From the NCBI GenBank assembly GCA_012295275.1, contig CM022674.1, positions 11,346,001 to 11,410,000 of the forward strand: a DNA stretch of 64,000 bases, read 5' to 3'. The position numbers and the translations under genes are program-made. Shown here one piece after another: positions 14,664 to 29,599 of the stretch (the first letter of the stretch is position 1; each line of letters opens with the position of its first letter). The notes beneath the pieces were generated by a model that did no database searches, was not told where the DNA came from, and saw nothing but the letters and a program-made list of their open reading frames with translations. The stretch comes from Chrysomallon squamiferum. Its lineage: Eukaryota > Animalia > Mollusca.

Positions 14664-15071
14664 CGTATAGCTTCGAACTGTATTTTTCTTCTTCTTCTTC
14701 TTGTTTTTTAATTATTATTATGATTGTTGTTGTTGATATTGTTTATATTGCAACCATTCCTAGTATTACTATATAATTTTCTATTTTGTGTTAGATCTAA
14801 AATGTAGGTACACTTGTATGTATAAATAATAATACGATAAGTAACAGTCACTTTTTATACAGTGGCCTGAAAAAATACTTCTACTACTACTACTAAAATT
14901 ACTGCTGCACTACTACCTTTACTACCTACTAATAACAACAACAGCAATCACAACAACAACACTGATGCTAATAATAACAATAATAATGACTAGAATAACA
15001 ATAGCAATAACAACAACAACAACAACAACAACAATAATAATAATAATAATAATAATAACAATAATAATCTC

Positions 15072-15143
<72 letters not shown>

Positions 15144-15285
15144 GTCTCACTTTGTCAGTAATACAAACAGCTTCTGTGTTTGCTGAATATTTTTAATCTC
15201 ACAGGATCAGAGCTCGGTTCGTCCCTAACACATGGAGGAGATAAAGGTGAGAAGAAGAATGACAATAAACTGGACATCTTCACCT

Positions 15286-15418
15286 TTCCCAGGACATCAG
15301 ATGACCTTTCTTGACCACCGACTTGACCAGTGGTTTGAATAGATGGACCGAGGAAACACCGTTGAGATAGAAACGACCAGTGTTACGTCCATTTCTAAAG
15401 GATGACCCTAAAGGACGG
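15286..15418 (+). repeat. Dispersed module, copy 3
   Basis: TTCCCAGGACATCAGATGACCT at 15286, TGACCACC at 15312, GATGGACCGAGGA ~15342, GGATGACCCTAAAGGAC ~15400; colinear with copy 2. Confidence 0.65.
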
Positions 15419-16913
15419 ATAACAGTTCTCAGTTGACCCAGAAAGCTTCAGGTTGTCAGAGGACCTTTTAGTTACTCGTCATTTGTCGTTGTCGCCGTTG
15501 TTATTGTTAATGTTGTTGTTTTAATTATTTGTAACAGTCACCGTCTATTTATTATCATCATTACCGTCATCATCATCGAAGTCATCATTATTATAATCAT
15601 CTACATTTAAGTATTAGAGGCCTAACAATAATAACAGCATCAAAATATTACTGCGCTGCTACTACTACTACCACAACTGCTACTATTACTGCTACTACTA
15701 CTACTAATAATAATAACAATAGTAGTAGTAGTAATAATAGTAATAACTGTAGTAATAATAGTAGTAGTAATTGTAGTAGTAGTAGTAGTAGCAGTAGTAG
15801 TATTAGTAACAATAACTACAACAACAATAGCAACAACAGCAACAACAATAACAACAACAGTAATAATAATAACAATAATACTAATACAAACATTATTACC
15901 GAACAGACAAGACAGTTGAATGATTTGTTCGTCTAAAGCACAGAAAGAAGCTGTAACTCTTTCACTGTACTGAAAAACAGTGAATCACTTGTAGACGAAT
16001 TATTGTCAAATTAGACTCATCTGGGAGATTGCTTTAATAACACTGGATGAGTCAAACAAACAAAAAACAGTTTTAATTGTTTTTAATGTACAAGATAAAA
16101 AGACTGGAAAGATTACTGTACCCATTAACAAGCTGAAATATCAGATTGGTGACCTGAATATATTGTTATAATAAGATATTATCTGACTGTTTATCTGTCT
16201 GTCTGTGTGTGCCTCGCTATTTTTCACACTCACAAACACACTCAATCACCAAAGCGATATTTCTTTGTCATCTGTCCTGTGTTATTTCTCAGTTTTACTT
16301 TGTCTCTTTTTCTGTTTTTCCTTTTTCTTGTTTTGTATCCATTCGATGTTTTCTTTTTTCTTTCTTTCTCTGTCTCATTATCTCTCTCTCTTTCTCTCTG
16401 AATATATGTATGTGTGTCTGTCTGTGTATGCATCATTATTATTATTGTTATTGTCATTGTTTTATATCAGTCTCATCATTATAACGTTCGGCAACGTCAT
16501 TATTTTTAAAATTATCTCTGTAAATACCTATAATTTCATCATCATCATCATTATCATCATCATCACAATCGCTTTCTTCTTCTTTACTTCGTCTTTTTGT
16601 CCTATACATTTTCTATATAAATTCAGCGATTAAAAAAAAAAATCTCAAAGATCATTTTTCTTTTTGTGTTTTTTATATCATTTTTCAGCCTTTCTCCACT
16701 GCCTGCCTTTCATCGGTCATTCAACAACAACGACACAAAATGTACTCCTGAGAGATTACAAAGATTAAGAAATTCTACAGCATCATCTTCTCTTTGCGAA
16801 TCTGGGTTCATCGCCCACATCAAGGATGCCATTACTCACGGGATTATGGAGACTGGATTGCAAACTGCTATGTTTTCGACCAGACCGTCTTCTCGTCAAT
16901 GGTGTCGCCGTTG

Positions 16914-16972
16914 TTCCCATGACACGTTCGGCCCCGTCAGCGACCACGCGACTCGCACACAATGGGATGGGA
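16914..16972 (+). repeat. Dispersed module, degenerate copy
   Basis: TTCCCATGACAC (one mismatch) at 16914, with CGACCAC at +27 (TGACCAC lies at +26 in copies 2 and 3). Confidence 0.35.
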
Positions 16973-17365
16973 GACAAGTAGCCACTTCCACAGCGACGTC
17001 ACACACCAGGTTCGAGTGGGTCTGAATCGTCGAGGGCAACGCTTGAGAAAACACTGTCATTATGTTTCCACAGTTTTTGCTCGTTCACGCCATTTCTCAT
17101 TTTTGTCTTTGACTTTTAAAAAAAAAAAAAAAAATTATTTGTTTAGTTTTTTCATTTCGTTTTTATTCATTGATTTTATTTCTTTTCTTTTCTTTCTTTC
17201 TTTCGTTTTCTTTTCTTTCTATGTTGTGGTGCTTTTTTTTTCTCTGTCTTTCTTACTTTCTTTAGCTGGATTGTCTAATATTAATGATTTTTTAAATTAT
17301 TTTTATTTCGATTCTTTATTTTAAAAATAAAGATAAAGATTCCGCTGTTATATAAATTTACAGTC

Positions 17366-17422
<57 letters not shown>

Positions 17423-18057
17423 TGGCAATAAAAATTAAACGAATACTCAACAAAATGATCTTAAGCAAACCAGCTATTTCAAAAAATTAAAAAAAAAAAA
17501 AAAAAAAAAAAGAATTAAAAAAAAAACAAATGATAATAATAAAAAAAACTGACGGGGTAAAAAACTCTTTGTTTTTGCTTGTGGTAATAGTTATCTTAAT
17601 AAAACAGAGACATATTTTAAAAACGACAGACAAAGGTAATAAAATTACCTCTGACGAAACAGGCAGGTGTGTTTTTTACCTGGAGCCGCGATTATCTAAG
17701 ATGTCTTTTTAATGCGACATCCTGCATCCCTTCATCCGTGAAGACGTAATGACTTTGTGGGGGGAGACGCGTAGAGGAGGGGGCTGGGGAAGAGAGACAC
17801 TTAGAGTTAAAAAAGTAATCAGGATGTACCCTGAAAATGAAAGATAGCATTGGGAAAATTAATACTTTAAATACATTTGAAAATGAAACCAAAATATTTT
17901 AATTACAAAGATAAAGATATTATTCAAAGAACATTTAAAGAATAATGATGTGAGTGATATCAATTATGAAATAAATAAATAAATAAATAGTAGTAGTAGT
18001 AGTAATAATAATAATAAATATAATAAATATATAATAATAATAACAATAATATTAATC

Positions 18058-18110
<53 letters not shown>

Positions 18111-18255
18111 TATTATTATTATTATTATTATTATTATGGTTATTATTATTTAAATTTTTCAGTCGACTGACACTGATGTGCTATCTGTCTATTAAAAGAT
18201 AATTGTTATTTTTTTCGGAGCAGTCAGTCAGCTGTCAGTCTAATGATTTCACCTG

Positions 18256-18438
18256 CAGGGGGTAACAAAAAAAAAAAAAACGGTTCTAAGGGGGTGCATT
18301 GGCCCCAAACATCAAATTTTTGCTGACCGATTTTTTTCAGTTACATTTTTAATATCAAACTCACATTCTCTATAAGTTTTATTGTCTGTATTTCATGTTG
18401 TAAACCCACCTTTTTTTTAAGTCTTGGATCCGCCCCTG
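18256..18438. mobile_element. MITE-like remnant
   Basis: Right terminus GGATCCGCCCCTG shared with 54100-54111; decayed left terminus CAGGGGG. Confidence 0.45.
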
Positions 18439-21400
18439 GGCAGGATGGCTTGGAGGGACTCGGACTAGAACTGACACCTGTCTGGAGAGATATAATAAAA
18501 ATAATTATTGTGTTATGTCGACTGGGGATTTTCTGTCCACGCTTGTTTTTCTTAGAGATTTAGAGAAGTGATTACAACCGTCATGTGATGAATCTTAGAC
18601 TAATGATAACAGAGAACAAAGGCGGGGGAGGGAGGAAAAGTGAAACTAAAATACGGAGAAGAAAGAATAAATGGAAGGCAGAAGGAAGAAACAAAAGATA
18701 AAATAGGAAAATTTATGAAATGAAAGAAAAAATGTAAATAATAATAATTTAAAAAAATTAATAAAAAAATTAATAATAGATAACTAAATAAAAATTAAGA
18801 AAATGAATGAAAAGATGAAGAAAAGACGAAAAATGAACGAAGAAAGAATGAAGAAAAAGAGAAATTTACAAATATGAGGAGAAAAAGGAAACACAAAAAT
18901 GAATAAAAACGAAAAGAAAAAAGATTAAGAGCAAAAGAAAAACGAAAGAATAAATAAATAAATAAATAAATAAATAAAATTTATTAAAGAATATTAAAGA
19001 ATAAAACGATAAGAAAAAAAAACAAAACAAACAAAGATGTCAACGTCGGTCAAACTACTCTGACATTGCGATCACGTGGAGGTCACGTGTCACAACAGTG
19101 TCACAAGCAGTTTTGTGTCTTCGGCGCTAAAGAGCTCTCGCTCACAAAGACACCGTTTCGCAGTTTTTGTCATTTTTGAAGACGTAAAAAGATAACTCTT
19201 TGTTGCGAACGTCTATTTTGGTACCTGGATTTTTTCCTCTTTATTTTCTGTGACTTTCATTGTCTAGTCAGCGCGGGGGCAGATGGCTTCTTTTTTTTTT
19301 CTTTTTTTTTCATCTTTGTTCTTTACCTGCAGCTGCGATCTTGTAATATGTATTACCGATGGTAGCTTAATGTCGGGTGAATTTTTTTTTTTTAAATTAA
19401 ATTCTCTTTGTTATCATTATCAGTCTGACAGAATTATTTTATGTTTTGTTTTGGGTTTTTCAAGGTTATGCACTAATTTTATTTATTTATTTATTTATTT
19501 ATTTATTCATTAATTTATTTATTAATTTACATATTAGTTGTTGACTTTCAAAAATTTCATTTATAATGTAAAGATTCATAAAAGTAAATCAGAAAGTGTG
19601 ACCTAAATATGCAAGATGTATATCAAAGGTAATAGAAACTATTTATGTAATTAAATTATAGAACGGTTCAGTATGGAACGAAATAACAACCATAACATTG
19701 ATGATGATGATGATGAACAACAGCAGCAGCAACAACAACATCTGTAATAAACAGCAATGTTTACTTTTATTGTAATAATTACTACTACTAACTCCACAAC
19801 TATTACTACTGCTGTTGTTGCTGCTGCTGCTGTTATTGCTGCTGCTGCTAGTACAGCTACTATTTGTTATGATTACAACTAATTAACACTGCGTCTAATA
19901 ATAATACAAATATATTACTACTAGCTACAACTACGAACAACAACTACCACTGATAATAATAATAACGTATATATTACTACTACTACTACTACTTCTACTA
20001 CTACTAATAATAATAATAATAAAGCGATGATGATGATGATGATGATGATGTCAATAAAGATAAAACTATTTCAACAATAACCTTAAGTGACCTTCCTCCC
20101 ACTTGTAAAAAGATGAACAAAAGGATGTTTAGAGTTTATTCTTTTTATTATTGTCGCTCAGTTTTTTTTTTCTCCTGTCACAATACAGATAAGTCGGCGT
20201 CATCAGCAGCATCCTTCAAGCAAAAACATGTTTTCCGCATCGCCACGTTTGTTTTCGTTGCAGATTTCGTAAATTCCTCCATTGTGATGCCTGTCCACTT
20301 GGCCGCTTGCACAGATAAGAGCATGGGGATTGTAACAGCGTAATCGCTACTCATCTCCACCCCGAGACAGCGGCATTTGTGTAGCATTATCTTCATTATC
20401 TCCCTTGAAAGGGGAGACAAGTGCTGGAGAGATGAGTAGGCGAAGACAAGGTTGTTTTTGTTGTAGATGATTCGTTTGTTTTTGTTGGAGGATTAGAAGA
20501 CGGGGCCTATTCGCATCAGTGTCGGGTTTACGGCTGCGTCGCAAGACAGAAAACAGTTCCTTACTGGGAATAAGTTAATACTGAAGACGTTCTGTGCAGA
20601 TCTTTTGTGAATAAATAGTCAATGAATAATAATTATATACGAAATTATACCTAAAACGTTATCGGTATATGGTTTCTTAGTGAATAAAGAGCCAGTGAAT
20701 AAATTAATGAATAATTTAGATATGTAGGTCGTTTTTATAAACAAACTGAACATGATCTAGAGATTTTTATGAATGAAGTAATTAATAATTAAGTTGCTCA
20801 TGTATAAGGGGGAAAAAAATAAAAAATTAAAAAGTTTATTAAATTCCAAATGTATCCATTAGTTTTTATGTGAATAGAGATTTTATTTATCTCTTTTCTA
20901 TGAATAAACAATGAATAACTTGTACGTTGTTCGGCAGCTCTTGCGAGTAAAGAACATGAATAAATAAATGAATAGATTAGACACATATGAAATATAAGTC
21001 GCTGAATCTGTAAAATCAGTAAAATATGAATAATTTAATTTTTAATTTGTTTTGGACTTCTGTGAGTAAAGTGCAAATAAATATTGCAAATTTTCTTAAT
21101 ACATTTTCTTAATTTTCATTTGTTAATAATAATAGATGAATGTCTACTGAAAATATTACTGATTGTTTGTGAATAATTAATTTTCAATTAACAAAATTAT
21201 TTTGATACTGACGAATTCTGTTGGTTTTTTTTTTTTTTGTTTGTTTTGTTTTATTATTATTATTATTAATCACGGATCACATTTAATGCAGACAACGATC
21301 TATAGCTCTTTATTATTGCCATCATCATCATCATTATCATCATCATCATCATCAACATCATTAGTATTAATCTTATATGTCATCTTGCTATGACCAGAAA

Positions 21401-22050
21401 TGTAAGAAAATTAACAAATAAATTACTAAATGACTTAATTCCTATTTAACTAATAAATGCAAAATCTCACAATTACATACAAAAATATATTTCACTTTCG
21501 TTTAACATTCTTTGTTTTATCAAAATTAAACGTGAGCAGTTCTGAAAGCGTCTCTCATTGTTCACGCAACCTCAAACCAGCCAATCAAATTAGCCGTAAC
21601 AACGACGTGTAGAGTAAAACTGTTTATTATTATTTTGACTGGCAGTCTGGAGTTAAAATGTCAGTGTATTTATGTGTAATGATAGATAAGAGTGTAGATG
21701 TGTGACAACACTGCCAGATGACGTATTTTGCTCACCAAGGGATGGTAATTTGAAAAATGAATCATGACAATTATGGGATGAGTCAGCTTGGTGTTGTGTT
21801 TGTAATATTATAGAGAACATTTTGTCAAATTGTTTTAAGTTGGTTTAGAGTGAGTTTATTGTGTGTGCGTTTGACCTCACCTTACAGTACGTTCAGCTAA
21901 TAGCTGGTTTTTTTTTTCAGTTTTTTTTTCTATACTGTTCTGTCTGTGAGGTTCTTTCTTTTTGTTTCATCTCTCTCTCTCTCTCTCTCTCTCTCTTCTA
22001 TACATCTCTCTCTCGAACAGACATATATTTCTATCTCTGTCTCTCTCTAT

Positions 22051-22126
<76 letters not shown>

Positions 22127-22280
22127 CTCTCTTCTGTACGTATGTGTCTCTTTCTCAGTATTTCTTCATTCTCCTATAACAAATTTAACAGTGTTAAAGA
22201 TCTGCAATAAACGAAATACTAATGTTTACAGGTGTCTGCAGACACAGGTTTCGCTCATGTCGCATGCACAGAGGTCAGGC

Positions 22281-22346
22281 TTCCCAGGACACTGGCTGAA
22301 CTGTGACCACTGGACAGTAATGAAACGGACAGAAGCAATGACCCAT
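22281..22346 (+). repeat. Dispersed module, copy 4
   Basis: TTCCCAGGACACTGGCTGAACT at 22281 (first 17 nt identical to copy 1), TGACCAC at 22304, ATGACCC ~22338. Confidence 0.6.
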
Positions 22347-22763
22347 CTACACACTTGTCCAGACTGCAGTGGCTCGAAATAAAACAGGTGTGAATGTTAA
22401 TGCATTGGAATCAATTTGTTTGAGTAAAATCTTAACGAGTTGGAGTAAGGAATATTTTAACACATTCAGACTGACGCTAAATCAGATGTACCCTATACAA
22501 CAGTTAAATTAATATCACAGAAGGAGATGAATGTAAATAAGACACACAACAAAAAATCCACATCTGGACGCTAATTAATGAAATTGTTTAATTTATATTT
22601 CGTTTGGTGGGTTGCTTTAACACAGATATTTATTTAATTGAAAATACATGTGTTCAGATTAATGGAACTAGATTTAAGCAGGAAGTTTCAAACATTTTAA
22701 AAATTAAAATGCTTCTGTTTGCAAATGTGAACATATGCTAAAAAAAAAAAAAAAAAAAAATAA

Positions 22764-22794
<31 letters not shown>

Positions 22795-23934
22795 TTTAAT
22801 TAAATTTTATAAATTCAAAACTGTATAATTCAGAAGTTAATTGGACGGTTAAATGGAAAAGTTTCAATAAAGTTTATTTTTCCAGCCGATTTATTTATTT
22901 TGTATACTGTATTTTTGTTTTTGGTTTGTTGTTCTGTATGTCTCTGTATTACATTTCGTATTAATTAGAAATAATAATAATAATTATTAATACTTTATTT
23001 TTATTTTATTTGGATGTAAGATGTATGATAACAACACTTATTACATAATTTAATAATAATAACAACAACAACAACAACAACAACTATAGTAAGAAGAACA
23101 GTAGTATTAATAGGTTTTAATAAGTATGCACAAAAAAACAATAGATCAAACAAATAAATAAATAAACAAACGAATAAATAAAAAAATAAAAAATTGAGCA
23201 AACAAATAGACAAATAAATGAGTAAATAAACAAACAATGAATGAAAAAATAAATAAATGAATGAATAAATAAATAAATATACGAGAAATAAATAAATCTC
23301 TGCCAACAGATATGGTTTCATCATCTTATTTCTTCAGCAGTATGACCATTACATCTTTCGTTAATCATTGTAATTACTATAAGATTGATACAAAAACAAT
23401 AGCTAATCACTGACTGTTTTATGAGGGTAAGTACACAGATTACAGAATTCACGTTCAAACACATACCCGTAGTCGAATCTGTCAGAATGAAAAAGGTTAC
23501 TTTTATTACGTCTAACACAAAGAAAAGGAAACAGGATGCGATAACATTATGTCTAAATTAGAAAACGTTTTTCAGAGATCTCTTGACAAAATGGTATTTA
23601 ATATTTCACTTTCTCCTTTTATCAAACGGATTCTTCTGACACAGCAAGTTTTAGTTCTTAATAAACGAGAGAGGGTGACAGTAAGAGAGAGAGAGAGAGT
23701 AAATGAATGGATACACTTTTAAACAAAACTATAACAAATTTCCTTAGGTGAACCTTTCTGCTATATTATTTTACTGTTTGGTTTCACTTTATTTTCAAAC
23801 ACTAAGATTATTCATTTTATTTTATTCGTTTCTATGTTATTATTTTCATAATTACTTTCATAATTAAGTTAATTGTGTTCGTTCTGTTCTGAATTTCATT
23901 TTCTTTTGTAATTATTTTAAAAATAACTTTTAAC

Positions 23935-23966
<32 letters not shown>

Positions 23967-25369
23967 ATTATTAATAATCTCTGTGTGTATATATATATAT
24001 ATATATCGTTTTGAATTGAACAATTATTCAAAGTTGAAGCTTCGCTTAAAGATAAAACATAATTAACAAAGAAGTCGTTGATTAAATCAATGTAGATGAA
24101 ATGTGAACATCCTTGCTCATGAAAACCAAAATTAATGTTTCACCAATTTTTAATACCCTAATTTCATGTCAAAAAAAAAAAAATAAAAGAAAAAAAAACT
24201 GAGGATTCGAAGATCTGGATTTTATTTATTTATTTATTTATTTATTTGTTTATTTATTTATTTATTTATTTATATTCCTGCAATCATTTCACTCCTTTAT
24301 CAGAAGAAATGCACTCTCTCCCCTCTTTTGATTAAAACAATTTTCTGGATTCGCGCTTGTTTCACTTTACCGGACTTGACGAAACGAGTTCGGTTTTTAC
24401 CTGCTTTTTCATTTTGCTTGGAGACATTTCCGAACCACCGTCCTAGCATCAAAGTCTGATACGATTCATGTCCATTTCTTTTATTATCTTAAACATCTTG
24501 TATTCCTCGCCCGTCTCTTTATAAATCCTTTTTCTATGTGCGCGGCGCCATTCACGGTTTGTATAAAAACAAAACTCGTCAAACACACGGATAGGGATTT
24601 GAAATGGAAATTGTCATTAATTGTACTGCTGGGATACGAATGTCACGTGAATACGAAACTTATCAGACAGTGTCTGGCGGTGAAATAGACATCGCACGTG
24701 CGATTCCTGGTCGTGTCTGTTGCTTGTCTACTATCTGCAGTGGACGACAGGCAAGTCGGAATTAAAACAGAATATATAACTGATAGAGAGAAACAGAGGA
24801 CAGAGCAATTGTTTTCAAATGTCCTGCGTTTTGTGTATTGTAGACAGCTGTATGTAGTACAGTTTGATATATAGCTAGCATTTACTATTCTATTTTTAAC
24901 ACATGTAAATAATGATTATGCTAACTTACATACAAAGAGTTCAGAGCGTACACGCATATACATACAAACACACACATATATATATGTGTATCCATACGTA
25001 CATAGAAATATGTATATTTATTATTTATATTTTCAAAATACATTTTACTCTTTTCTCCTTCTTTATTTATTTATTTGTTGTTTTGTTTTCATTTGTTGCT
25101 TTTTTCTTTTTTCTTTTTAGCATTACTTCTTACTAAATTGTTAATATATTTAATAATAACACAATCAGAACATTTTAAAACGATATACAGACTTAACTAT
25201 AATAACTGTTATAGATAACTGTGTATATCGTTTTGAAACGTTCTGATTTACCTTTTTATTTTTATTTTTTTTTTTTTTCTTCGTCTTTCCAAAAATGTCA
25301 GAAAAATTGCCTAACTGTACTTCTTCAAAAACCAAGTTATTTCTTTTGTGTATTGTTTTAAACCTACGT

Positions 25370-25680
25370 AACAGACGCATGACGTCATCACCTTTGTTTG
25401 ACGTAGACACCTCGGGAATTTCGACTGATTTCATCTACAATAATATTTATTATCTTCGAAACATCTCGTCATTGAGCCTCAGAAGAAGACGTCAGCTAAC
25501 AGTCGAAAGAAGCGTTACATCTTTGTGAATCCTTGTCTACCAGCCACGCAGCCAATCGCTGTCACTGTTACGTCGTAACCAATAACAGCAAAGCTTTGAT
25601 GAATGGGCGCGATCCTGTTACGTCATAGTGGACAAAAGAACGGTCCAAGGGGCCGACTGACAAGATTTTGGCTATTGTCG
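25370..25680. promoter_or_regulatory. CRE/CCAAT-rich CpG-containing island (candidate enhancer or promoter)
   Basis: TGACGTCA at 25380-25387, further ACGTC/GACGT cores at ~25399, ~25488, ~25570 and ~25620, and CCAAT at 25552 and 25579. Confidence 0.35.
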
Positions 25681-26046
25681 AATCTCCTGTCTTAATAAGG
25701 ATACTGTCGCGGTATGTGACAACAACCACCCTCTCGTAAATTCCTCCTTTTGTGCGAATACCTCCAGCTATTTTCTTTTTTGATCACTTCAAGAATAGGC
25801 ACAAAATGCTTCATTATTAAACGGGAAAAAAGAAGGTAAATTAACACAATGGTCTTTATTTGTGTGTTTATCGTATAACTAGGCAGATTAAACCATAAAA
25901 TCCCGTTTGGAATGCATCTTGAACCTTGTGGCAGAAGACATTTTGAATTCCAGTAATTAAGAATGAAGACAAAATGTTTCTGTCGTTAATTTTGTTTTGT
26001 TTTCAGGAGGTTCGGATTATTTATTATTTATTTATTTATTTATTTA

Positions 26047-26077
<31 letters not shown>

Positions 26078-27229
26078 TCGTGAAAGCCTGCTTATTAACA
26101 TACTTATCAGTTTATTTAACAAATATTTTTTTTAGCATTATTTTGTTTTATTTTATTTTGTGTTATTTTGTTTTATTTTTATTTTGTTTTATTTGATTTT
26201 GTTTTATTTTATTTTTTATTTATTTATTCGTAAGCAATATAAAGAAAGTTCACTCGTGTTATTTAAGTTTTTCTTTTTTTTTTTTTTTTTTTTTATCGCT
26301 GTAATGAACATTTTTTACATTAATGCTTCATTTATTTTTTTTTTAAATTCTTTTTTTCTTATTCCCTCGGCTTTCTTAACAGATTCAAGTCTGAAGTTTC
26401 TACATGTTTGTACTTGTTTTAAAAGTAATCAGCGGGTTTTATCTGAAGTACAGAGAATAAGAAAGGAGAAGCAAACAGAATAAAATGTAAATGTGTTTTT
26501 TCCCCGTAGTTTTCTTACAATTTTCTCTTTATGTGCTTTTATATTACTGCTTTTTACTTTTGTTTGTGTATGTGTGTGTATGTGTATGTATGTATGTGTG
26601 TTGGTATGTATGCATATATGTATGTATGAGTATATATATGTGTGTGTGTGTGCGTACGTTTTGAATCCTTGCGTATGTGTTTATAAGTGTCTGTGTTTAT
26701 TGGTTTGTATGTATGTATGTTCGGCTATACGTATGTATTTTTGTCTATCTTTATGTGTGCATGTCTGTGTATGTTCTCGTATGTACGTATGTACGTATGT
26801 ACGTATATAATTATGTACGCATGAAAATTTGTTATACAGCAGTTATCTACATTCACCCGCTCATGAAGATACTCTTGTCAAATGACAGCAACGTGTCTTT
26901 TTTGTACAGTTTCCCATACATATTCATGGATATACACATATAAACAGATATACGCAGATATACTCACAAAAAAAAGGAAAAAAACAAAAACAACATATCA
27001 ACTTCATTTTTTAAATACATGCAAAAAGGAAGACTTCATTAATATCAGTTTTAATTTTTTAAAGTAATAATAATAATAGTAAATTGCTCTGATCTACACC
27101 CCTTCCCCAGTCTTATAATTATCACACCTATGTGACATATTGCTTCAAGTCACAAAAGTCATGCATGTGATTCTAAACGTAAATATTTTGTCACTTCAAT
27201 TCTCTGGTTCTCCATTCATCTCCAGAATC

Positions 27230-27320
27230 GTTTAGTCTCGATTACGTAACATGGTCTCGCGGTAGTCTCGATCACACAATACGAACTCGTCTTAGTCTTG
27301 ATAACAGAAGTCGTCTTGAA
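27230..27320. repeat. Short degenerate tandem repeat (~30 bp)
   Basis: tagtctcgat at ~27233, ~27263 and (tagtcttgat) ~27292. Confidence 0.55.
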
Positions 27321-27852
27321 AAACATCAATGAGTTAGATATTTGTTCAGGTAAGTCAACAGCGAACACAGGTAAAAGTGAAAAGTTCAGACAAATCAACA
27401 AAGGTGTAAGTGAAATGCCCAGGTGCAAATGAAACAAACATCGAGTTACGAGCTGGAAACCAATTAGAATGACGGACACAAAAGAGTTCGCCAAACAAGG
27501 ACGATCCACTTTTAGTGAGATGAGAAGTACCACGATATGTCGTGACGTAATCGCTTTTTGTGCTCGCTGTTTGCTTACGTCGGTGACGGATAAAAATGTG
27601 TGTGTTTAAGTTTCATCCGCCAGTCTTCTTTTCTCGTCTGTATTTGGTCATTATTAGAGCGAAAAGTGACCAGTGTATTCCGATAAAAATTAAATAAGAT
27701 CGTTTTAGTTATATCACTGGACAAATGTGACCACCAGTGTGGATATCGTAATTAATTTTATTTATTTACTTACAGCTGAACTGACAGACTTTGATGTGTT
27801 TCTGTCTGTTGAATGTTAGGTTAGTTTTATCAGTTTCTCCCTTCTCAATCCC

Positions 27853-27964
<112 letters not shown>

Positions 27965-28152
27965 CTGTGTGTCGCTCTGCCTGTCTGTCTGTTAGTGTAA
28001 CTTACATCTGAAGCTGTGTATGTCAGACTTTCTGACTCTTTCTCTGCCTCAGTCTTGTTCTATTTCGTAAGGAGTAGCTTTAATGGTTCATGAAATAAGA
28101 CAAAAAAAAAAAAAAAAAATGTTACTTAATTCATGAAAGTCTTTATTATTAC

Positions 28153-28221
<69 letters not shown>

Positions 28222-29347
28222 TATAGTTGACGGTGTTTTTTTGGATAAACAAACAATCTCACAGACGGATGGCCTTGCAATGACAAAGTGACCACACAAC
28301 TAATCAATCAAAGTAAAAATCCATCAGACAGAGAAAAATCTCTTAAAAGCGACTCTAAAAATACTTTCCGAAATAATGCCATACCTGAGTTTGAAATTAG
28401 CATTGTGTTGAGATATGAAAGGATATTAGCAATTAGCATCAAACATTTGCATGCGTATTTCCCGTGGAACGTCGCTATGAAAACCGGCTCACAAAATTCC
28501 CACGACTTTCGTGATCGCGAGCGCGAGAGATTCAAAACAGACTAAAGTCATATCAATCTTACCCGCTAAAAGATACATCAATACCCATCTGACCTTATGA
28601 TGGGAAACTCATCGGCTCCATCGCTTAATTGAGGTGATCCGTCATTTAATGGAGGAGACCAGAACAGCGCGCTGGTGGTGTTTCTAATGGACATTTCTAG
28701 TTCCACTATCTTTTGAAGTCTTTTAATTCAGTTACCTGTTGGTTGGCGGTAATCAAGGCATCGTTATGAGAAACAGGAGCTGACAGCTTTTCAATAAATC
28801 TCGGCTTTCTGGGTATTAAAAACACCAAATAACTTCTACCTGGGCAACAGAAATCATTGTCTCTTCAGCGATATCGTTCATATTACCTTTTGAAACGATT
28901 CACCTTGGCGGGAAGACAATTCCGGAAGCCGTCTGCTATGAAACCGGAAGTCTACCTAGCGCGCTCGCGAGAATTGGCGTTAGGCGCGCAGACAATAACT
29001 CCATTGAAGATTTTTACCACGAGCGCGAGATTATATTTCTTCATTAATGATGCGGAAACTTAATCGGATGAATTTATTCGTTTGTGTCCAATCTGGTGCC
29101 TTAATTAAGATGGATCAATAAGAACTCGTCTATACAAAGGATGCTCGGCGATTCAGCGTGTTAGATGGAGTATCAATACATTAGTTAACGCTTAACAGAG
29201 AATGAAAGAAGAAGACAGAAAAAAAAGACATGATATTTGCCGCACTAGGATTAGAATAAAAATACAGAATCATTACTCCGCTATTTATATGCGTGAATAT
29301 GTGTCTGTTTTTAGTTTATCTGTCTGTATATCTGTATGCCCGAATTG

Positions 29348-29449
<102 letters not shown>

Positions 29450-29533
29450 CTTTGTGTATCCTCATTCATTCATTACACGTTTGTCTCATATTCTTCAACC
29501 CTCTAACACTTTATCTTTTTGTTGAAAAAAAAA

Positions 29534-29599
<66 letters not shown>

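Noticed and set aside
24200-24359. Third MITE copy (ttctggattcgcgcttg terminus)
   Set aside because: Too degenerate to support without a consensus search.
27148-27165. miR-153-like sequence (AGTCACAAAAGT)
   Set aside because: It lacks the TTGCAT 5' end/seed and a convincing hairpin.
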